Origin: a virus
Taxonomy: Duplodnaviria; Caudoviricetes
Length of the DNA: 40,372 bases
Reading direction: 5' to 3' (one strand)
Virus record (IMG/VR): IMGVR_UViG_3300021368_002115
Location: 1 to 40,372 of that record
Shown here: positions 18,721 through 27,351 of the stretch, in pieces
Layout of the letters: every line of letters begins with the position of its first letter
Position numbering within the stretch: the stretch's first letter is position 1
The notes under the pieces: generated by a model
Seen by the model: only the letters and a program-made list of their open reading frames with translations
Told to the model about the DNA's origin: nothing
The model's database searches: none
Translations under genes and position numbers: made by a program

Positions 18721-19829
18721 TGAAAACAAAAACTAATCTTAAAGATTTTGTATGTTGGTTTCCTTTTGGATTTACCGAGATAACACATGATAGGCAAACT
18801 TTGTGTTGTTCTGGTTGGTTAACTAAAGATATTGGTTCAAATAAAAATCTAAAAGAGAATTGGGATAGTGATATTGCAAATGATATTAGAGAATCAGTAT
18901 TAGATGGTTCTTTTAAGTATTGTAAAAAAGATACTTGTCCATTTTTAAGTACAGTTATCAATTCAGGAATAGAAACAGGTCCAATTCTAAAGAAAAGTAA
19001 AATAGGATTAAGTGGAGTTGATACATTAGAAGAATACAAACCAAAACATCCATTAAAAGGAGCAGAAGAAACGTTTGGATATCCTAGTACTCCCACACAA
19101 TTCAAAGTAGTTTGGGATAACACTTGTAATTTAGCATGCCCTTCATGTAGACCTAACTTTATAACAAACACAGATGGTAATACATTGAATACAGAAGAAA
19201 TATTTAACGATATTATAACTCATTATGGTAGTGGTGTTCATACAATGATGATGAGTGGATATGGAGACCCCTTTTATAGTACAGGTTTGTTTAAGTTTTT
19301 ACAAACAATAGATTCAAAAGATTGGCCTAATCTAGTAAACATACATTTACATACAAACGCTATGTTATGGAACGAGAGAAATTGGAATATTATAAAAAAC
19401 TCTCATAGATGGATTAATTCTGCAGAAATATCTATTGATGCGGCCAATAAAGAAACATATCAAAAAGTTCGTAGGGGAGGAAAGTGGGATTTATTACTTA
19501 AAAATTTAGAGTTTATAAGTACTCTTGGATTACGAGAGATAACATTCTCATTTGTAGTACAAAAAGATAACTATACAGAGATGTTAGATTTTTACTTATT
19601 GATAAAAGATATATTTAAGGATAGTGATATAAACATTTTGTTTTATTATTACAAAATCTTAGATTGGGGTGTGATGAGTAAGGAAGAATATGAAGAAGCA
19701 GCTGTTTGGAAAGAATCACATAAAGAATATAAGTTATTTACAAAAGAAGTGACCGATTTTATCAAACAACATGATGAATCGGTATCACATAGTTTATGGG
19801 AATATGAAGAAAAGAACAGTTTACTATAA
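18720..19829 (+). CDS. Radical SAM protein with N-terminal twitch-like domain (#8, divergent subfamily)
   Basis: VCWFPF..TLCC..YCKKDTCP; CNLACPSC; SGYGDP in place of GGEP; ISIDAA..YQKVRRGG. Confidence 0.85.
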   Translation: MKTKTNLKDFVCWFPFGFTEITHDRQTLCCSGWLTKDIGSNKNLKENWDSDIANDIRESVLDGSFKYCKKDTCPFLSTVINSGIETGPILKKSKIGLSGVDTLEEYKPKHPLKGAEETFGYPSTPTQFKVVWDNTCNLACPSCRPNFITNTDGNTLNTEEIFNDIITHYGSGVHTMMMSGYGDPFYSTGLFKFLQTIDSKDWPNLVNIHLHTNAMLWNERNWNIIKNSHRWINSAEISIDAANKETYQKVRRGGKWDLLLKNLEFISTLGLREITFSFVVQKDNYTEMLDFYLLIKDIFKDSDINILFYYYKILDWGVMSKEEYEEAAVWKESHKEYKLFTKEVTDFIKQHDESVSHSLWEYEEKNSLL

Positions 19830-20331
19830 GGATAGACCATTAGATGATTATCATTTCTATGATGGTAAGGTACTTCCTAAAGTAAAGGTAGTACAATATC
19901 CTACTTTCTTTGAAGGAGGTTCATCTATAACTTTTACATATGATATGATGAATCACGATAGGTTAATTCCAGCTACAGAAAGAACTGATAATATTATTTT
20001 CAGAAAAGATTTGAAGATTTCTATTAAAAGAGGGATACGAGATGGTGTATTCTTTGATAGTTGTTATAACTTTATAACTTGTTTGAAAGGATATGTATTT
20101 TTAAGTGTAACAAACTTAATGAAAGGAACTGATACTTATAATTTTAGTGAATCGTTTATATTAAGTACTGAAAATCCAATACAAGTGTTGATTCCACCAT
20201 TTTATGGGTTTGCATATCAATCTCTAGAGGATTCTATATTACTAGATAAGATGGCATACAAGTCTGAACAATCACTTATACAAGAAAAGATAGATATTAA
20301 CAAATTAAATATAGAGTGGCCATGGGAATAA
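19804..20331 (+). CDS. RmlC-like cupin (dTDP-4-dehydrorhamnose 3,5-epimerase fold), catalytic residues apparently lost
   Basis: ITCLKGYVF..TYN..FILSTENPIQVLIPPFYG..LNIEWP matches the RmlC layout, but RGLH and AHGF are absent. Start ATG 19804 chosen to minimise overlap. Confidence 0.7.
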   Translation: MKKRTVYYKDRPLDDYHFYDGKVLPKVKVVQYPTFFEGGSSITFTYDMMNHDRLIPATERTDNIIFRKDLKISIKRGIRDGVFFDSCYNFITCLKGYVFLSVTNLMKGTDTYNFSESFILSTENPIQVLIPPFYGFAYQSLEDSILLDKMAYKSEQSLIQEKIDINKLNIEWPWE

Positions 20332-20438
20332 TAAAATTTATAAAAGATTTCTTGAAAAAGAGAAAACAGGACAAAATTTACAAGAAAAGATTAGAAGAAC
20401 TTCGTAAACGAGACCCATTTACTTACAAAAATCACTAA
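20322..20438 (+). CDS. Small basic protein (38 aa), below the ORF-track cutoff
   Basis: MGIIKFIKDFLKKRKQDKIYKKRLEELRKRDPFTYKNH; fills the gap up to the next promoter motif. Confidence 0.6.
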   Translation: MGIIKFIKDFLKKRKQDKIYKKRLEELRKRDPFTYKNH

Positions 20439-20452
20439 ACTTAACAATTTCA

Positions 20453-20461
20453 ATATTTATA
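20453..20461 (+). promoter_or_regulatory. ATATTTATA motif, candidate late promoter
   Basis: 21 nt upstream of ATG 20483. Confidence 0.6.
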
Positions 20462-20482
20462 TACTGATAAGGTGTACCGAAT

Positions 20483-23400
20483 ATGAACAAACTTTCCAAA
20501 TTTCTCGTAGAGAGTATAATGGAGGATGCGAATCCTATTAAAAAAACCGTAGTTATCTATGTGGGTAGATTTCAACCTATGCACAAAGGTCATGCTGGTA
20601 CTTACCAACACCTTATCAAAAAGTTCGGTAAGGATAATGTATTCGTTGGTACATCTGATAAGGTTGAAAGACCAAAATCACCTTTTAACTTCAAAGAAAA
20701 GGTGAAAATTATGACCACTATGTTTGGAATTCCAAAATCCAAAATACATAAGGTCAAAAATCCATACAAACCCACAGAAATTCTTAAAAAGTTTGATGAA
20801 GAAACAACCGCATTTGTAACTGTTGTGGGTGAAAAGGATAAAAACCGATTAGGTGGTAAATACTTTACACCATATAAAGGTGAACCATCTGAGGGATACT
20901 TAGATAGAGGTTATGTTTATGCTGCACCATCAAGTGGTGGAGGAATAAGTGGTACAGAAACTCGTAATGGTTTATCAGTTGGTTCTGATGACCAGAAAAA
21001 AGATTTCTTTAAGAAACGAGCGTATGGAAAGTTTAATGCAACGATTTTCAAGATGATAACGGATAAACTTAATGAGGGAGTAATTGAAATTCCTAAAGAA
21101 AGAATTGAAGAATGGCTCATCAATGAAAGTTCGAAGATTACATCAGGCCAAGTGGATGATGGGCCAAACTTCTTTTTCCCCAATTATGATGTGTTCTCTC
21201 GTATTAACGTAAAGAGAGCGGCAAACATTGGATATGAGGTGGTAAATATGATTACTTCTAAAGAAATTGAAGATTATTACGACCATCCAATTTATCCCGA
21301 TGGACCAGTAAAGGCTGTTACACCATTCCCAGCTGGTATCTTGGGTACACAAACAGCAACTAACCAAGTTGATATCTATTCAAGTGATGCTTATTCTAAA
21401 TGGTTTACTCATGTAACACGACAAGCGGCAATGGTAGGGTATGAATTAGTAAAAGGATTAGATACTACCAAAGATACTAAAGATGCTGCGTTGGATTCTC
21501 AAAAAGGTGATAAAAAAGCACAAGAAGAGTATGAGGCTTCCTTGAATGAAGTAATTAAGTTACCTGTAAAGGTTGGTGATACTATTTTAACTGGTAGATT
21601 TAAGAACAAAAAGACAGTTGTTAAAACTATTGGTAAAGATGAACATGGAATGCCAACAATCAATGGTAGAAAGGTAGTAAATTTCAGATTAGTAAAAGAA
21701 GGATTTATTGCTGAACTAGGTGGAACTGCTGTAAAGTGTGAAAAGTGTAATCATTCTTGGGATATAGAATCTGAAGATAATGAAAAATACCTTTGTCATT
21801 CATGTGGATGGGATTCTCAAAAACAAGAATACGATTTCGATGCATTTGATTCATGGCAAGAGAAGATGGGATTGAATGAAGAGTTAGATGAGAGAAGTAA
21901 AGGAAAACTAAGACCAGCTGATTTACTTAGAAGGAAGGCAGCGATGGCTGGTAAACGAGCTCAAATAGCAAGAAGAAGAAAGAGAACAATGATGAGGAGA
22001 AAACCTCTTTCTAAACTTAAAAAGATTGCATACAAAAAAGCATACCTACAAGTTTATGATGAATTCAGACAAGAGTTGTTTCCTGGTATTGCTAAAAAAG
22101 ATTTATCAATCCAACAGGCAAAGATAGTTCATAAAAATGTACTAAGAAAAAAGAAAAGAGTTCTTAAAAGAGCAAGATTTAGATTCTTACCTCAACTTAG
22201 AGATGCAGAAGCACAGAAATTCGGTCAGAAAAATGAATTGATGATTGGATATGCAGGACCTGAAGATATGAAAAGGTTTGATAAGAGAAATAAAGAATAT
22301 AGAAAAGATTCTGAATCAAATCAAGAATATCAATACGAACCGATTAAAGAAGGATTAAAAGAATTAGGAATTACAGATTTCAAATCACTATTCAGAAAGA
22401 TGCCTTCTGATTTACAAAAGAGAGTTTACAATCTTAAGAACTTTGGACAGAGAGTAGATAAGCATCCTGAAGGAAATGTACTAAAACACACAATTGTAGT
22501 TGTAAATCGTTCAATCAAAGAAGATGATATTGATATTGCAATCGCAGCAATGTTCCACGATATAGGAAAAGATGAAACTGCTGGTATTCATCCAAAGAAA
22601 GGACACATTACACACTTTGGACATGAGAAAGTATCTGCAGGATTAGTAAAGAAGTACAAAAAGTGGATTGAATCAGTTGGTGGTAACACTGCAAATGTAT
22701 TTTATATTGTTAAAAACCACATGAAGTACAAACAACTATCTGTAATGACACCAAAAAAGGTAAATAAAGTTAAATCATTCAGAGCTTTTGATAAATTAGG
22801 TAAATTCTCTAAACACGATAGAAGTGGATTAGATGAACAATGTAAAAGATTACCAAATGAATCAGAACAAGATTATAGAAATAGGTGTTTTGGTTATGAC
22901 CCACTAACTCCACCACCTGCAGGATTACAAAGGTTAGGTGAAGATTCTAATCCTAATGCACACCCACAAGGTAAAAACAAACTTACTAATCGTACAACTG
23001 TGATGGATATGTTAGATGTAATCTCTCATAAGGAATTTAGAGGTAAGGATTATGAAAAATTATCAGATTCAGAAAAAAGAAAAGTATTAAAGATTGCTAA
23101 ACAACAGAAATTCATCAAAGAAAGTAAAGAGGTGATAACTGAAGGTGGTGCATATGGACATATGTCTCACCCATTCGATACTGATATCAATTTAACCTTT
23201 GGACAACTGAAAGATATCGTAAATAGAGCACTCGAAGGTACACTTGAGTTCACAAGAGAGAAAACTGATGGTCAAGCATTGGCAATTTCATGGAGAGATG
23301 GTAGATTAGTAGCAGCGAGGAACAAAGGACACCTCAAAAACAGAGGTGAGAACGCTTTAGATATCAAAGGTGTATCAGATAAGTTCCAAGGTAGAGGTGG

Positions 23401-24340
23401 GTTGAGTGATGCATACAATTATGCAATGAAAGACCTCTCAAATGCAATCAAATCACTTAACGATAAACAAAGAGATAAGATATTCAAACAAGGTGCGTGT
23501 TTTATGAACCTTGAAGTGATATATCCAACATCAGTAAACGTTATTCCTTACGGCCAGGCGTTACTTGTGTTCCATGGCACGATGGAATATAACGATGAAG
23601 GTGTTGCAATTGGTGAAAACGGTGAAGCAGCAAGAATATTAGCTGGTATGATTAAACAAGTTAACAAAGATGTACAAGATAACTACACCATTCAAGGTCC
23701 TCCTATTGTAAAACTACCAAAATCACAAAACCTATCTAAAAAACGTAGTAAATACTCATCACAAATATCAAAACTACAAAAAGAGTTTGGATTAAAGGAT
23801 ACAGATGGTGTTGCAAACTATCATCAATCATGGTGGGAACAATGGGTTGATAAAAACTCACCATCAACACTTGATAATAAAACCAAAATGGGGTTAGTTA
23901 AGAGATGGGCGTTCATGGATAAGAAGTTTAGATTAGATAAATCTAATATATCTGATGAAAAAACATTAGAATGGGCTAAGAAAACAGATAAAGATAATCA
24001 TAAGAAGATATCAAAAGATAATTTGATGAAATTTGAGAAAATATTCTTAGGATTGGGTGCAGAAGTATTAGAATTCACTTCATCTGCCCTTACTGTTAAT
24101 CCTGATAAGGCAGTTCGTGATATAAAGAAACGAATTGATAAAACAATTAAAGATGTTAAGAAATCAGGTGACCCTAAAAAGATAGAAAAGTTAAAATTAG
24201 AATTAGGAAGATTAAATTCTATTGGTGGGCAAAAGAAAATTGTACCAAACGAGGGTATTGTATTCCTATATAAAGGTAATACCTTCAAACTTACAGGTAC
24301 ATTTGCATCCGTAAATCAAATACTAGGTATTTTCTTCTAA
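20483..24340 (+). CDS. 1285-aa multi-module protein: HxGH nucleotidyltransferase, KOW-like, Zn ribbon, Arg/Lys-rich, HD phosphohydrolase, RNA-ligase-like KxDG domain
   Basis: GRFQPMHKGH..ISGTETR; VKVGDTILTGRFKNK; CEKC..CHSC; HPEGNVLKHT..MFHDIGK..GHEKVS..NHMK; EKTDGQ..NLEVIY..EGIVF..FKLTG. Confidence 0.75.
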   Translation: MNKLSKFLVESIMEDANPIKKTVVIYVGRFQPMHKGHAGTYQHLIKKFGKDNVFVGTSDKVERPKSPFNFKEKVKIMTTMFGIPKSKIHKVKNPYKPTEILKKFDEETTAFVTVVGEKDKNRLGGKYFTPYKGEPSEGYLDRGYVYAAPSSGGGISGTETRNGLSVGSDDQKKDFFKKRAYGKFNATIFKMITDKLNEGVIEIPKERIEEWLINESSKITSGQVDDGPNFFFPNYDVFSRINVKRAANIGYEVVNMITSKEIEDYYDHPIYPDGPVKAVTPFPAGILGTQTATNQVDIYSSDAYSKWFTHVTRQAAMVGYELVKGLDTTKDTKDAALDSQKGDKKAQEEYEASLNEVIKLPVKVGDTILTGRFKNKKTVVKTIGKDEHGMPTINGRKVVNFRLVKEGFIAELGGTAVKCEKCNHSWDIESEDNEKYLCHSCGWDSQKQEYDFDAFDSWQEKMGLNEELDERSKGKLRPADLLRRKAAMAGKRAQIARRRKRTMMRRKPLSKLKKIAYKKAYLQVYDEFRQELFPGIAKKDLSIQQAKIVHKNVLRKKKRVLKRARFRFLPQLRDAEAQKFGQKNELMIGYAGPEDMKRFDKRNKEYRKDSESNQEYQYEPIKEGLKELGITDFKSLFRKMPSDLQKRVYNLKNFGQRVDKHPEGNVLKHTIVVVNRSIKEDDIDIAIAAMFHDIGKDETAGIHPKKGHITHFGHEKVSAGLVKKYKKWIESVGGNTANVFYIVKNHMKYKQLSVMTPKKVNKVKSFRAFDKLGKFSKHDRSGLDEQCKRLPNESEQDYRNRCFGYDPLTPPPAGLQRLGEDSNPNAHPQGKNKLTNRTTVMDMLDVISHKEFRGKDYEKLSDSEKRKVLKIAKQQKFIKESKEVITEGGAYGHMSHPFDTDINLTFGQLKDIVNRALEGTLEFTREKTDGQALAISWRDGRLVAARNKGHLKNRGENALDIKGVSDKFQGRGGLSDAYNYAMKDLSNAIKSLNDKQRDKIFKQGACFMNLEVIYPTSVNVIPYGQALLVFHGTMEYNDEGVAIGENGEAARILAGMIKQVNKDVQDNYTIQGPPIVKLPKSQNLSKKRSKYSSQISKLQKEFGLKDTDGVANYHQSWWEQWVDKNSPSTLDNKTKMGLVKRWAFMDKKFRLDKSNISDEKTLEWAKKTDKDNHKKISKDNLMKFEKIFLGLGAEVLEFTSSALTVNPDKAVRDIKKRIDKTIKDVKKSGDPKKIEKLKLELGRLNSIGGQKKIVPNEGIVFLYKGNTFKLTGTFASVNQILGIFF

Positions 24341-24363
24341 ATTTACGGTTTCTTTATTTTTAT

Positions 24364-24372
24364 ATATTTATA
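24364..24372 (+). promoter_or_regulatory. ATATTTATA motif, candidate late promoter
   Basis: In the intergenic gap before ATG 24400. Confidence 0.6.
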
Positions 24373-24399
24373 TACAACAATATAACCTAATGTGTAATA

Positions 24400-25053
24400 A
24401 TGGGTAAAGAATTTAAGAAAAAATATATGCACCCAACTCGTAGAAAGTTGGTAGATATGATTCAAACTGGTGAGTATGATAAGAATACTACCATTGGGTA
24501 TGATAAAAAAGAAATATCTCGTAAAGTTGGTGATAAATGGGAAGATGAACATCACAAGTATGAGAAAAAAGATGGTTTTATAGTAAAAACTGGTAAAAAC
24601 CACGAACAGATACAAGAAATTAGAAAATATTTAGAAGAAAAATCTAAGTGTAAAAAATATCCAAATAAAAACTATACAGCTAAAGATAAAAAACTAATTG
24701 AAAAAACAGGTTATTGTTTAGATGCTTTGGTTGAGATTGAACATGAGATAAAAATGGCTGGTATTTGGCAAGAATATCAAGATTATAAGGTTTGGACAAA
24801 AATGATTGTTTTTGGAAAGGCCAAATTAGAAAGTTATAATCAATCTATATCCGAACTAAAGGAAGAATACGACATGATTGGTTCAGATGGGAAAGTTACT
24901 GAAACTTGGAAATTACCAAAACCCATCGAAGAGGTGAAAAACGAAATTCAAGAACTAATTGATTACGGTAAAGCTGAAATCGAAGAGTTAGAAGAAAAAA
25001 GAAGAGTAGCCTTTGATAAAATTAAGGAAAAAAACTATGAACATTATATTTAA
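24400..25053 (+). CDS. Hypothetical protein (217 aa)
   Basis: Long ORF in the operon upstream of terminase; no catalytic motif recognised. Confidence 0.7.
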   Translation: MGKEFKKKYMHPTRRKLVDMIQTGEYDKNTTIGYDKKEISRKVGDKWEDEHHKYEKKDGFIVKTGKNHEQIQEIRKYLEEKSKCKKYPNKNYTAKDKKLIEKTGYCLDALVEIEHEIKMAGIWQEYQDYKVWTKMIVFGKAKLESYNQSISELKEEYDMIGSDGKVTETWKLPKPIEEVKNEIQELIDYGKAEIEELEEKRRVAFDKIKEKNYEHYI

Positions 25054-25726
25054 TTTAATTGCAAAAAGGTGGAAAGAATTATTAATTCTACTTTTACTTT
25101 CAATAATCTTTTTCATGAGAGGATGTGATTCTGATTATGGTGATAAAGAAATTATTAACATAGATGGTGAAGATTTTGAGTTATTAGAACAAAAAACCGA
25201 TACTGTTTATGTAGAAAAAGAAGTTAAAGTAACTAAATATGTACCAAAGTACATTACAAAAGAAGTAATTAAAGAGGTGGAGATACCAGTTGATGTAGAT
25301 TCACTTGCAATTATAAAAGATTACTTTTCAAAGATAACAGTTAAAGATACATTAAACCTTACATATGATTTTCCAGATGTTGTTACCGATTCAGTAGGTA
25401 ATAAACCAAGTGGAGATTTAGGATTTGGGATTCTTACAGATGTTATCTCACAAAACAGAATCGAATCAAGAGAAATTGATTGGTTCTTCAAGATTCCAAC
25501 AGTTTACAATACTACAATTGTAAAAGAATTACCTAAAACTGAGTTCTATTATGGTTTTGGAGTAGGAGTTGACCAAACAAATGGTTTTGGTAACTTAAGT
25601 TTGAATGGATTGGTAAAAACTAAGAAACAACAAATATATGGACTTAACTTAGGATTATCAAATCAAGCAGGACAATACAAACCATTCATTGGTACATCCT
25701 TTTATTGGAAAATAGGAAAAAAATAA
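25037..25726 (+). CDS. Membrane-anchored protein with C-terminal amphipathic beta strands (possible spanin-like envelope protein)
   Basis: N-terminal hydrophobic run LLILLLLSIIFF followed by MRGC; C-terminus FYYGFGVGVD..YGLNLG..FIGTSFYWKI. Start ATG 25037. Confidence 0.5.
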   Translation: MNIIFNLIAKRWKELLILLLLSIIFFMRGCDSDYGDKEIINIDGEDFELLEQKTDTVYVEKEVKVTKYVPKYITKEVIKEVEIPVDVDSLAIIKDYFSKITVKDTLNLTYDFPDVVTDSVGNKPSGDLGFGILTDVISQNRIESREIDWFFKIPTVYNTTIVKELPKTEFYYGFGVGVDQTNGFGNLSLNGLVKTKKQQIYGLNLGLSNQAGQYKPFIGTSFYWKIGKK

Positions 25727-25727
25727 A

Positions 25728-27320
25728 ATGGCTAAACAGAGTCTAAAGGAAATAATAAAAATTGAGTACCAAAAATGTGCTCAGGACCCAATCTACTTTA
25801 TGAAAAAGTATTGTATGATTCAACATCCTGTGCGTGGTAAGATTCCTTTTCACTTATATCCATTTCAAGAAAAAACTTTAGACCAATTTGCAGAACATCG
25901 TTATAACATCATCCTTAAATCTCGACAAACAGGTATCTCAACCTTAACTGCAGGATTTGCATTATGGAAAATGTTGTTCAATCAAGATTTTAATGTACTT
26001 GTAATTGCAACTAAACAAGAAGTTGCAAAAAACTTGGTAACAAAAGTTCGAGTAATGAACCAATACTTACCAAGTTGGTTAAAACAAACAACAGTAGAGG
26101 ATAACAAACTATCTCTACGATATTCCAATGGTTCACAAATCAAAGCAACTTCAGCTGCTGGTGATGCTGGTCGTTCTGAAGCACTATCCCTTTTAGTATT
26201 TGATGAGGCGGCATTCATTGATAAGATTGAAGATATATGGGTATCAGCACAATCAACACTATCGACTGGTGGTAATGCTATTATCCTTTCTACTCCAAAT
26301 GGTGTCGGAAATTTCTTTCACAAAACTTGGGTAGGTGCAGAAGAAGAAACAAATGGATTTAATTTTATTAAACTACATTGGAGTGTTCATCCTGAAAGAA
26401 ATCAAAGTTGGAGAGATGAACAAGAAATACTATTAGGACCAAAAGGAGCAGCACAAGAATGTGATTGTGATTTTGTTTCTTCTGGTGATACTGTGATTGA
26501 CCCACAATTGCTTATGTTCTACAAAGAATCATTTGTACAAGAACCAGTAGAAAAGACAGGATTTGATGGAAACCTTTGGAAGTGGGAATATCCAAACTAT
26601 ACAAAATCATATATGGTGGTTGCGGATGTTGCTCGTGGAGATTCAGCGGATTATTCAGCTTGTCATGTTATTGATATAGAAGAATCATCACAAGTTGCAG
26701 AATATAAAGGTAAATTAGATACAAAAGATTTTGGAAACTTCCTTGTATCACTTGCAACTGATTACAATCAAGCACTACTTGTAGTTGAGAATGCAAATAT
26801 AGGATGGGCAGTAATTCAACAAATAATTGATAGGGGTTATGGAAACTTATTCTATATGAGTAAAGATTTGAAGTATGTAGATGTTGAGAATCAATTAACT
26901 AATAGATATAGAGCACAAGATAGAGGATTAACTGCAGGATTTAGTACAACTTCCAAAACACGACCTTTGATTATATCAAAGTTGGAACAATATGTTAGAG
27001 AAAAATCAGTAACCATTCGTTCTACACGAACTATTGATGAGTTATTTACATTTATATGGAATGGTAATAGAGCAGAAGCAATGAGAGGATATAATGATGA
27101 TTTAACGATGTCATTGGCAATTTCATTGTGGGTTAGAGATACTGCACTTAGGTTAAGACAAGAAGGAATTGATTTAACTAAACAAGCATTGGGTGGAATT
27201 GGAGCTCATCAATTAGATGTTGCAGGAATGGGATTCGGTGGAAACTCATCTCTTGAAGATAATCCTTGGAAAATGAGAGTTGGGGATAATAATGAGGATT
27301 TGACTTGGTTAATTAAATAA
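25728..27320 (+). CDS. terL: Terminase large subunit (T4 gp17-like)
   Basis: KSRQTGIST Walker A, LLVFDEAAF Walker B, LSTPNG, nuclease motifs VADVARG and NDDLTMS. Confidence 0.95.
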   Translation: MAKQSLKEIIKIEYQKCAQDPIYFMKKYCMIQHPVRGKIPFHLYPFQEKTLDQFAEHRYNIILKSRQTGISTLTAGFALWKMLFNQDFNVLVIATKQEVAKNLVTKVRVMNQYLPSWLKQTTVEDNKLSLRYSNGSQIKATSAAGDAGRSEALSLLVFDEAAFIDKIEDIWVSAQSTLSTGGNAIILSTPNGVGNFFHKTWVGAEEETNGFNFIKLHWSVHPERNQSWRDEQEILLGPKGAAQECDCDFVSSGDTVIDPQLLMFYKESFVQEPVEKTGFDGNLWKWEYPNYTKSYMVVADVARGDSADYSACHVIDIEESSQVAEYKGKLDTKDFGNFLVSLATDYNQALLVVENANIGWAVIQQIIDRGYGNLFYMSKDLKYVDVENQLTNRYRAQDRGLTAGFSTTSKTRPLIISKLEQYVREKSVTIRSTRTIDELFTFIWNGNRAEAMRGYNDDLTMSLAISLWVRDTALRLRQEGIDLTKQALGGIGAHQLDVAGMGFGGNSSLEDNPWKMRVGDNNEDLTWLIK

Positions 27321-27324
27321 TTAT

Positions 27325-27333
27325 ATATTTATA
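27325..27333 (+). promoter_or_regulatory. ATATTTATA motif, candidate late promoter
   Basis: Followed by a GAGGAG Shine-Dalgarno and ATG 27352. Confidence 0.6.
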
Positions 27334-27351
27334 AGTTGAGGAGATAATAAT

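Noticed and set aside
8779-19829. Assigning the radical SAM genes to MoaA, QueE, NrdG or anaerobic sulfatase maturase
   Set aside because: Auxiliary Cys residues are N-terminal, partner genes for those pathways are absent, and the lengths do not fit QueE or NrdG.
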